Below, in pieces: positions 7,279 through 14,490 of a DNA stretch of 14,490 nucleotides. The notes under the pieces were generated by a model. The model saw nothing but the letters and a program-made list of their open reading frames with translations, did not search any database and had not been told where the DNA came from. The position numbers and the translations under genes were made by a program. Position 1 is the stretch's first letter. The number at the start of each line of letters is the position of its first letter. This DNA comes from a virus (Duplodnaviria > Heunggongvirae > Uroviricota > Caudoviricetes): the IMG/VR virus record IMGVR_UViG_3300044638_009648; one strand, given 5' to 3'.

Positions 7279-9531
7279 TTAAAAATTAATCTTTTGTGTT
7301 TGTATGTCAATAATTTTAGACATTTCGTTCATCTTATTTGGATTTTTTTCTCCGTGTAAAAAATAAATGTGTTTTAGTTCTCCAGGAACGGCAAACCAAG
7401 GCGCTAACATTTGAACCTGACCGTTGAACTCATGTGAAAATATCCTATCAATATTTTCGAGCGTACTATTAACATACACAATATGTAAACCTGAGAAAAT
7501 TTTATGTTTCCAAAGTAACACATTCATAATTGTTTCTTCATGATATGCCGCATACTCAGCAGGATTTTTAAGTATTTTAGGATGAGTACACATCCAATAC
7601 CATTCTTCTAAAAATTCGATTGTTTTTTGAGATGCTATAAAATATCCGGTTTGTCTATACCAGGTTCTTACAGATTGGTCCACATTAAAAATCTGACAAG
7701 CTTTACTTTCTAAAGTATTATTGAAATTATCACCATCAGCCGCATGACCCACATTATTATATGACAAGTAATCGTAGAAACATTCAGTGAAAAAAGGGTG
7801 CTCACAATTTACATCATAGTGGTTAAAAATATTTTCAACCCAAGGCATAACAACAGTGTCACTATCAAGGTAAATTAATGTTTCCAGAAAATTTTCAAGA
7901 CAGTGTTTTACAATTAGCGGTCTTTGAATTAATAAATTATAAAATCTTTTGTCGTGTCTAACAATATAAAAATTATCTTCATTATTTTGATACATTTGAT
8001 TATCAAAAGTCTCAAGGTCGACTGACCAATTGACACTTGTGACATTTTCAATCTCAAAATTGTGTTCGCAATTAATAAGATAAACGTATACCGGTAAATT
8101 GGAGTACTTCCTTAAAATTTGTACTGATTGTTCTACAATAGGAATATATTTTTCATTACAGTAGTATACGAATCCCTTTGATTTTTTACCTCGATTTGCT
8201 AAAACCTCTGTTTTAGGAATTGGAAGTGCGTTCCAATAAGAATTCTCGATAATATTTTCATAATTTTCATATTTTTCCTCGTTATCAGAATAGCCGCCTG
8301 ACTGGTTAAAAATCATAGGAATAGTTATACCAAAATTAAAAGTTTTGAGTTCGTAAAAATGTCTAAATCTGAATTTATCATTCGAAATATCGTTTAAAAA
8401 CATGTCAATTGTACATTTGTATAATTCATGTTCAGGGTTGTCAAAATTTGATAAGTGTTCTACAATATGTTCCACAACATGACGGTGGTAAAAAAATCCA
8501 TGTGCACAAAGTAATTCTTTGAAACTTCCGTGACTATTACCATTAGGTTGAATTTTACTCCTGGGTAATAATTTTGTTCCTAGAGCTATTACATCGTAAG
8601 TTTCCGATGTTTCAGTCCAGTTTTCAAATATTAAATCCAAATCTTTTTCACTTACCCCATCCAAAAGTTTTATGTCATCCTCCAAGAGCACCATCGACGT
8701 GTTATTTGAGGCTAAAAATTTTTTAAAAATATTAAGTTGAGATAATGTGCAACCAAATTTTTTTAAATCTGAGTTATCGATTATTTCTCCATCAAAAAAA
8801 TTGTATCCTCTAAATCCTAATGAACTTAGTAACGCATCAACTTTTTTTCGTCTATCATCTCTAAAAGGTAAATTTAATATAAATGCTTGGTCAGCAACTT
8901 TTTTATTTTTGTAAAAAAACCCTTTTTTAGTTAATAGAACGTCCTCCGGCAAAATTTCGTAGTCGTAAATATCAAATTGTGTTAACAATTCGTTTAGTTC
9001 TTCCTGAGTTGCGTAGCCGTTATTTTCGAATAATATTTTGTCAGCATACAATTCTGGATGTTTTTGACATATTCGCAAATAATCTTTTAATATTATAATA
9101 TCATGACCTTCAGTATCGATTTTCAAAAAATTAATTCCACCAATCCCATATTCTTTGACAAGGATTTCCCAACTAATTTTTGGTACTTCACTAATAGACA
9201 CAATATTGTCATACAATTCTTCCCCAATAAATTTTCGTGTGTATTCGTGAGGTGAATTTATGCTATTGCATCCCCTTACCCAAAATGGTAAGTTATATTT
9301 TTCCATGTTTTCTTGTGAAATATAATAAATTGAAACGAATCCGGCCTCATCACTCATTGCCGCATTGACCTTTATTACATTTTCTTTATCCGGTAAATTA
9401 TTCAAATAAAACCCCAAAGGTTCTATACTTAACCCAACAGTAGTTTCAGAAGCACTTTCAATTAAAGTATGAAAATCTGAAGTTCCGATTTCTATAAAAT
9501 CGTAATTAATTTTATTTCTTGTCATTCTCAT
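7279..9531 (-). CDS. Three-domain fusion: FkbM-like methyltransferase, GT25-like glycosyltransferase and GT-A (DxD) domain
   Basis: The FkbM-like domain (about 9507-8923) has FIEIGT, SIEP, VNAAMSD and LKIDTEGHD. The GT25-like domain (about 8895-8227) has FILNLPFRDDRR, GCTLSQ and VLLEDD. The C-terminal GT-A domain (about 8181-7306) has LIYLDSDT, HEETIMNVLLWK and LHGEKN. The start could be 9531 or 9525. Confidence 0.8.
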   Translation of the reverse strand: MRMTRNKINYDFIEIGTSDFHTLIESASETTVGLSIEPLGFYLNNLPDKENVIKVNAAMSDEAGFVSIYYISQENMEKYNLPFWVRGCNSINSPHEYTRKFIGEELYDNIVSISEVPKISWEILVKEYGIGGINFLKIDTEGHDIIILKDYLRICQKHPELYADKILFENNGYATQEELNELLTQFDIYDYEILPEDVLLTKKGFFYKNKKVADQAFILNLPFRDDRRKKVDALLSSLGFRGYNFFDGEIIDNSDLKKFGCTLSQLNIFKKFLASNNTSMVLLEDDIKLLDGVSEKDLDLIFENWTETSETYDVIALGTKLLPRSKIQPNGNSHGSFKELLCAHGFFYHRHVVEHIVEHLSNFDNPEHELYKCTIDMFLNDISNDKFRFRHFYELKTFNFGITIPMIFNQSGGYSDNEEKYENYENIIENSYWNALPIPKTEVLANRGKKSKGFVYYCNEKYIPIVEQSVQILRKYSNLPVYVYLINCEHNFEIENVTSVNWSVDLETFDNQMYQNNEDNFYIVRHDKRFYNLLIQRPLIVKHCLENFLETLIYLDSDTVVMPWVENIFNHYDVNCEHPFFTECFYDYLSYNNVGHAADGDNFNNTLESKACQIFNVDQSVRTWYRQTGYFIASQKTIEFLEEWYWMCTHPKILKNPAEYAAYHEETIMNVLLWKHKIFSGLHIVYVNSTLENIDRIFSHEFNGQVQMLAPWFAVPGELKHIYFLHGEKNPNKMNEMSKIIDIQTQKINF

Positions 9532-9578
9532 TAAACAAATTAGTTCAAAAAATAAGAAATAAATTAAAAAGTTAAAAT

Positions 9579-9746
9579 CTAATTAATTTTCTTTTTGGTT
9601 TCTAACATATCCATCAGCTTTAAGGATTTTCTATAATTTTCTTCTAAACGGTCAACTTCTTCTAAAGGTAAACCTTTTTCTACGCTGGAGTTATATTGTA
9701 CTTCAGCTTCTTGAATAATTTTTTCTATAGTTTTTAAAAGCCTCAC
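9579..9746 (-). CDS. Small hypothetical charged helical protein (about 55 aa from GTG 9746; 74 aa if ATG 9803 is used)
   Basis: The ORF is co-oriented with, and at the head of, the glyco operon. Its sequence (LKTIEKIIQEAEVQYNSSVEKGLPLEEVDRLEENYRKSLKLMD) looks amphipathic-helical. The 9747-9803 extension looks like AT-rich intergenic DNA. Confidence 0.55.
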   Translation of the reverse strand: MRLLKTIEKIIQEAEVQYNSSVEKGLPLEEVDRLEENYRKSLKLMDMLETKKKIN

Positions 9747-9848
9747 ACCAATAAATATATTCAATATTTTCTTTATTTTGTTATTGTTTATACAAGCCCT
9801 CATTTAGAAAAAAACTAATGGGGTATTTATCAATAGTAAAAAACAGGG
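9747..9848. promoter_or_regulatory. Divergent intergenic control region between the glyco operon (-) and the Cys/Thr-Pro genes (+)
   Basis: Genes diverge from this AT-rich gap, so promoters are expected here. TATTTAT occurs on - (9757-9751) and on + (9824-9830), each just upstream of a start codon. The function of the motif is unproven. Confidence 0.4.
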
Positions 9849-12800
9849 ATGTGTACGATAGTAAGTAGTATGCGGTATAGTACCGTCAGCAAAAATGCTG
9901 CATGTACTTCACCGAGTATTGATAGTTTTTATGTAAGTCCGCTTTCAGCACCGGCTGTCGGTCAATTCTTGTTTTTAGATTCTGGATGTAGTACTGCTCT
10001 ACCTAATGGTTGGTATATCGATTATAATGTGGACCCTAACATTGTCTATGTTGTTACAGGTGGCTCTGGAGAAATTACCTCACAGGATGTTTGTTCTATT
10101 GAAACACCAACTCCAACACCAACTCCTACTGAAACACCAGTCATTTATACGTATTTTATACAAAATTGTTGTAATGCTGCAGATGTTTGGCGCATTACCT
10201 CCCTTACGGACTTATCCTGGGTGGACGGGGAAACACACAGTGTTAAATTATCATCCCCCGGCGGACTAAATCCGACCGATGGGTGTTACACAATAATTCC
10301 AACTTCTGATACATTTAGTGACTACACTTGGGGAATTTCTGACATCACCAGTGGTCCATTTGGTAATTGTGATGATTGTTTTACCAACGTACCTTCTTTT
10401 ACCGTTTGTCCGACCCAAACCCCCACAGTAACACCCACTCAAACTACTACTACTACACCCACGCCTACACCTACTATTCCTTGTGGAAGATTAGGGAACA
10501 CGTCGTTTGAAGAATTTGCGACTTGTGGTGGCCCTTGTGTTGGTAACGATTGTCTAGCCCCAACAACCTTTAGGCAATACCCACAGGAATGTATTCCTTA
10601 TTGGCAAACCACGGCACCTGACAATTTGATTGAAATTTGGAAATCTGGATATCTTACGGTACCATCTTATTCGGGTGATTATTTTGCTGAAATTAATGCT
10701 AGCTCATCAGCAGCACAAGCATTATTTCAGAATTTTACAGCAAATATTAGCCAAGAGTATCAGTTACAATTTGCTCACCGAGGAAGAGTATCTTTCTTGA
10801 ACACAATGAGAGTTGGCTTAAGCGGTGTGACAAGTGGTATTGTATATTTTCCTGGTGTCTATACTGGTAGTACAACTGCATGGAGTTTTAATACGGTAAA
10901 TTTTGTTGCGGCAGAAACTGAATATAATCTTATTTTTTCTGCAACAAGTTCGGAAGCTGGTGGAAACTTTTTAGATTCTATTAATATTGTTTGTTCGGCA
11001 GAATTTGCAGCAACACCAACTCCAACACCAACACCCACAACAACACCCACAGAAACTGCAACAAACACACCAACACCAACAAATACAACAACACCCACAA
11101 GCACGCCCAATTATGACTTTTATGTGGCACAAAATTGTTGTTCGCCATTTAATATTATTACAATAGGATTACCTCAAGGGACTTCATTCAACCAAGATGC
11201 CGGTGTCATATACAATGGGGAATATTATGTAATAGTGGGTAATGGTAGCGCTCCAGCTGTGCAACTTTACTTGACCACAATTGATGACATTTGTTTATCA
11301 GTAACATGTCCAACATCGACCCCTACACCGACAGGAACAGAAACACCAACTCCAACACCAACAAATACTGAAACCCCCACACCCACAACAACAGGCACAC
11401 AAACTCCAACCCCAACAAGCTCTGAACCATTAAACATTTACCTTTTAGAATCTTGTTGCAACGGTAGTCAATTTAGATTCCAAAATGTTATGGGTAATTT
11501 AGTTGAAGGAGATACCTATAAAATTTCAGGTTCACTCGATTTTAATGGTTGTGCAACAGTTTTACCATACGCTAGTATTGATGTGATTTATGATTCTTTG
11601 GGTGTAACATTTACCCCTTTTGTTGGAGATTGCAACGCTTGTATTTTGGATGAACCATGCCCAAGTCAAACTCCAACCCCAACTCCTACGGTCACACCAA
11701 CAAATACAATTACGCCAACAATTACATCTACTCCGACACACACTAATACCAGTACACCAACACCTACAGGCACTCAAGCACCTCCTTCGGAAAATGCCCT
11801 TTTAGCACGATGCGATGACGGTACCATTTTTTATGCGATAGTACAACAAGATGTTGCCTTTGTTGGTGCGACATACATTTACAATGATGAGTGTTACCAG
11901 TTTGTTGAATTTTCTGGACCTGGCGGACCTAGTTTCGGTGAGCCAGATTTTATTAGTTGTGATTTTTGTATTATACCACCAACACCATCACCTACTCCCA
12001 CCAACACCACGACACCCACAACCACCCCAACGGTAACCCCAACACCATCATCGACGCCCCCAGCATGTGATGTTAATAGTTTTTGTTTTGACACTATTTT
12101 ACCCTCACTTTCGGGTTACAGTGGTACCTACACTCCAGGTGGTTCTTATAACTCGCGAATTTACTATACAGGCACTTCGATTCCCACCGCATACATTTAT
12201 TATACTGGAGAATATTGGTGTTTGAGTGAAACGCTTGGTGGAACTTGTTTATTAGAAGGTAATAAACCATGTTATTCAGCGTGTCCGGATATTTCGGCAA
12301 ACTATTTTAGCGAGGGGGCGTGCCCACCACCAACACCACCTCCAGTAGATTGTAGTTTATTGGATTTCACCGCATTTTTTGATTGTGATTTTGTTCCATT
12401 CACAACACCAACGCCATCAATACCTTGTGATTTAGTGGATATGAGGGTTACAGCATTTCCTGTTTCCCCAACCCCAACGCCAACTCAAAATGCTTGTGTT
12501 GTTAGTTTGAGTTTCTCGATGGTTAGATACACACCTCCAGGACCAACACCTTCACCAACATTAACCTTAACGCCATCAAAAACGGTTCCAGTAGAAGGTC
12601 AGATAACTTATACTTTCTTTGAGGAAACATTTGTTTGTCCAACAACTAAAGTTCTTGTTGATTGTAACAGTAATTTAGAATTTTATACGTCACAAACTTT
12701 AGAGTTTGACGGAAGCCCAATTAATATTGGTGTCTCATTTGCCACATACATTGATGGAACATTCTTCTGTTTAAGGTATGACCGAGATGATGATAACCTT

Positions 12801-13619
12801 TCATCAAATGTAACAATTGATTCTATTTTCAACATATACGGTAGTTGCGAACAATGTAATTCAATCGCAACCCCTACACCAACCAATACTCCAACAATAA
12901 CTCCAACACCAACGGTAACGGCATCTATGACACCAACTCCAACTAGAACACCTCAAAATTTAGTTTATGTGTTTGCAACTTGTGCTTTGAATCCACAAGG
13001 AGGTAATCAATCGACTATTGTTCAAACAAGTCCAGTTGCCTTTAACATTGTACCAAATCAAACGTTTAGGGACAACGCAAATAATTGTTGGATTTATGTG
13101 GGTAGCTTCACAAATTATTCGCCGGAATACATTACAATTTTAGTTAATTATTCAGGAAATTATTTTACTGGATTGTTACCAACGGTTTACGCAAATTGTC
13201 AAGCATGTCAGTCTGCGCCTGTGGGTCAAGGACTAACACCAATTGATGGTCAAGAACCAATTGCTCGATGCGTAAGTTATGATGTTTTACCATGGACACA
13301 AAACCTACCAGATTCCTGTGGTGGCTACACAAGAGAACAAAACAGGGTTATTGTTCAACTGAGAAATTCTGTGACAAATGCAATAATTCAAGCAACTAGT
13401 AATGTTGTAATTACCTTTGATGTTTTGTATAATGATTGTTTAGGTAGTCAAACTGAAACTTTGACTGTAACAATTTTACAGGGCCAAACACAAGGGCAAG
13501 CTATTTTCGATGCTACAAGTTGCGAAATTTGCCCATTATCAATATTACCAGAAACCGTTACAAGGTCTATTGTTGGAATACAATCCATAACACCTTCTTC
13601 AATTAACCAATGTCAATAA
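9849..13619 (+). CDS. Large modular Cys-rich protein with Thr-Pro linkers, six related Cys modules and a jelly-roll-like domain; probable virion surface/appendage protein
   Basis: This is a 1256-aa ORF with 56 Cys (my count) and repeated TPTPT linkers between 60-90 aa modules. There is no hydrophobic signal peptide or transmembrane segment. An alternative start is ATG 9870. Confidence 0.85.
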   Translation: MCTIVSSMRYSTVSKNAACTSPSIDSFYVSPLSAPAVGQFLFLDSGCSTALPNGWYIDYNVDPNIVYVVTGGSGEITSQDVCSIETPTPTPTPTETPVIYTYFIQNCCNAADVWRITSLTDLSWVDGETHSVKLSSPGGLNPTDGCYTIIPTSDTFSDYTWGISDITSGPFGNCDDCFTNVPSFTVCPTQTPTVTPTQTTTTTPTPTPTIPCGRLGNTSFEEFATCGGPCVGNDCLAPTTFRQYPQECIPYWQTTAPDNLIEIWKSGYLTVPSYSGDYFAEINASSSAAQALFQNFTANISQEYQLQFAHRGRVSFLNTMRVGLSGVTSGIVYFPGVYTGSTTAWSFNTVNFVAAETEYNLIFSATSSEAGGNFLDSINIVCSAEFAATPTPTPTPTTTPTETATNTPTPTNTTTPTSTPNYDFYVAQNCCSPFNIITIGLPQGTSFNQDAGVIYNGEYYVIVGNGSAPAVQLYLTTIDDICLSVTCPTSTPTPTGTETPTPTPTNTETPTPTTTGTQTPTPTSSEPLNIYLLESCCNGSQFRFQNVMGNLVEGDTYKISGSLDFNGCATVLPYASIDVIYDSLGVTFTPFVGDCNACILDEPCPSQTPTPTPTVTPTNTITPTITSTPTHTNTSTPTPTGTQAPPSENALLARCDDGTIFYAIVQQDVAFVGATYIYNDECYQFVEFSGPGGPSFGEPDFISCDFCIIPPTPSPTPTNTTTPTTTPTVTPTPSSTPPACDVNSFCFDTILPSLSGYSGTYTPGGSYNSRIYYTGTSIPTAYIYYTGEYWCLSETLGGTCLLEGNKPCYSACPDISANYFSEGACPPPTPPPVDCSLLDFTAFFDCDFVPFTTPTPSIPCDLVDMRVTAFPVSPTPTPTQNACVVSLSFSMVRYTPPGPTPSPTLTLTPSKTVPVEGQITYTFFEETFVCPTTKVLVDCNSNLEFYTSQTLEFDGSPINIGVSFATYIDGTFFCLRYDRDDDNLSSNVTIDSIFNIYGSCEQCNSIATPTPTNTPTITPTPTVTASMTPTPTRTPQNLVYVFATCALNPQGGNQSTIVQTSPVAFNIVPNQTFRDNANNCWIYVGSFTNYSPEYITILVNYSGNYFTGLLPTVYANCQACQSAPVGQGLTPIDGQEPIARCVSYDVLPWTQNLPDSCGGYTREQNRVIVQLRNSVTNAIIQATSNVVITFDVLYNDCLGSQTETLTVTILQGQTQGQAIFDATSCEICPLSILPETVTRSIVGIQSITPSSINQCQ
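10491..10991 (+). other. Galactose-binding-like / DUF642-like beta jelly-roll domain within the 1256-aa protein
   Basis: The pattern GNTSFE...W...IEIW..G...SGDYFAEINA...LFQ...YQLQFAHRGR...W...LIFSA..GGNFLDSINI is typical of CBM-like beta-sandwiches in bacterial surface proteins. Confidence 0.55.
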
Positions 13620-13840
13620 TGGCGGTACAAGTTACTATTAACAGCATTGTAGGAACACAACCTTATCAGGTTTACATTTGTCAACCTGGCAATACGGGTT
13701 GTTTTTATATTGATGAAATAAACAACGGGGACGTCCCTTATGTTTTTGACATTCCAGCACCTTATGATAATGCAAATAGTTATTTATTAAAAATAATCGA
13801 CAACTTTGGTTGCATAATTTCAGGAACTACATCAGTATAA
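13619..13840 (+). CDS. Small (73 aa) beta-rich Cys-containing hypothetical protein, probably structural
   Basis: ATG 13619 overlaps the upstream TAA (TAATG). The protein is paralogous to the N-terminus of the next ORF, which supports it being real. Confidence 0.8.
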   Translation: MAVQVTINSIVGTQPYQVYICQPGNTGCFYIDEINNGDVPYVFDIPAPYDNANSYLLKIIDNFGCIISGTTSV

Positions 13841-14485
13841 ATGCCAATAACAGTCAACATACAATCCGTTACCGGGAATACTCCAGTAAACATTTTTGTT
13901 TGTGAAAGTGGGGGTGGTGGTTGCACTTACGTAGCTACCGTTGCAATTTTCCCATATCAGTTCCTTGTTGACGATACTTATGCGACTGAGGATTTCTTGG
14001 TGAAAATAATAGACACTGCTGATTGTGTGGATGAGGTTCCAATATTAATAACTCCATCGCCAACACAAACTCTTACCGCAACACCTACAAGAACGCCGCC
14101 ATCAACACCGACCCCGACTAAAACGCCAACCCCTACAATTACACAAACTAGCACTGCACGGGTTACGCCCTCACCAACACAAACAGGTACACCGACACCA
14201 ACACCAACAAGTTTAGTTTATTCACATTTAATTGGAAGATTCTTATACGCATCCTCAACTTCAGCTTGTTTAGACACTTATTTATCCACATCTTATTATA
14301 CTTCATATGTAGAAACACCCACTATACCGGTAATTGGTGCTAGAGTTTATCAAACAACTTTTGGTGGCGGTTTATTTACGCCAGTAAATCAAAACAACCA
14401 GTGGAGAAAAATGGTATTTAATAGCTCAAACTATGCGGTTCAAATTGACACCTCTGGTTACATAATAAATTTTGTAGCTTGTTAA
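13841..14485 (+). CDS. Two-domain Cys-containing protein with a central Thr-Pro linker, probably structural
   Basis: The start directly abuts the upstream TAA. The protein has an N-domain (aa 1-70), a Thr/Pro linker (aa 71-123, about 14051-14209) and a C-domain ending in FVAC. An ATG at 14487 may begin the next gene. Confidence 0.82.
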   Translation: MPITVNIQSVTGNTPVNIFVCESGGGGCTYVATVAIFPYQFLVDDTYATEDFLVKIIDTADCVDEVPILITPSPTQTLTATPTRTPPSTPTPTKTPTPTITQTSTARVTPSPTQTGTPTPTPTSLVYSHLIGRFLYASSTSACLDTYLSTSYYTSYVETPTIPVIGARVYQTTFGGGLFTPVNQNNQWRKMVFNSSNYAVQIDTSGYIINFVAC

Positions 14486-14490
14486 AATGA

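Larger units (their letters stand above)
10101..14209 (+). repeat. Dispersed coding (Thr-Pro)n mucin-like linkers
   Basis: In the 1256-aa protein, TPTPT-rich tracts lie at aa 85-97, 188-210, 389-420, 488-524, 605-645, 710-738, 871-911 and 1007-1035. In the 214-aa protein the tract is aa 71-123. The DNA is degenerate ACN-CCN. Confidence 0.93.

Noticed and set aside
10006-12886. Short ORFs nested in the 1256-aa gene, including the Val/Gly-rich minus-strand ones
   Set aside because: The GVGVGV tracts are simply the reverse complement of ACN-CCN (Thr-Pro) codons.
1-14490. Eukaryotic giant virus (NCLDV) origin, suggested by collagen-like, Cys-rich and glycosylation genes
   Set aside because: Operon-like 0-10 bp spacing, the TAATG overlap and a bacterial-type intrinsic terminator favour a prokaryotic virus. 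It is not formally excluded without hallmark genes.
1-14490. Stop-codon reassignment, as in some large phages
   Set aside because: Long ORFs are intact in the standard code. TAA, TAG (9579-9581) and TGA (1626-1628) all appear as plausible gene ends.
13000-14490. Diversity-generating retroelement target or template repeats at the C-termini of putative adhesins
   Set aside because: I saw no reverse transcriptase and no pair of ~100-nt repeats differing only at adenines.
1-14490. tRNA/rRNA genes, transposase, integrase or att sites
   Set aside because: Almost all of the sequence is accounted for by CDS, the gaps are too short, and there are no matching motifs.

Overview
This is a gene-dense window, most likely from a large tailed phage (Caudoviricetes). 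The assignment is an inference from 0-10 bp gene spacing, a TAATG stop/start overlap, phage-type fibre domains and the absence of housekeeping genes. The layout has three parts. (1) On +, the 3' part of a fibre gene (<1..1628, frame 3, missed by the ORF track) has 95 consecutive Gly-X-Y positions with X/Y almost all Thr/Ser, and is followed by a terminator hairpin. (2) A glycan-modification block holds a + strand sulfotransferase and a tightly packed - strand operon. In transcription order the operon is: small ORF; FkbM-MTase/GT25/GT-A fusion; Methyltransf_24-type MTase; GT-A/GT4/Aah-TibC-heptosyltransferase triple fusion; GT34-like GT. (3) On +, divergent from the operon, are Cys-rich modular proteins with long Thr-Pro linkers (1256 aa, 73 aa, 214 aa). 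The main hypothesis is a phage-encoded protein O-glycosylation system with six GT domains, two methyltransferases and one sulfotransferase. It includes a homolog of the Ser-modifying autotransporter heptosyltransferases, and it is flanked on both sides by Ser/Thr-saturated structural proteins that are plausible substrates. All family assignments come from motif recognition by eye; no database search was run.
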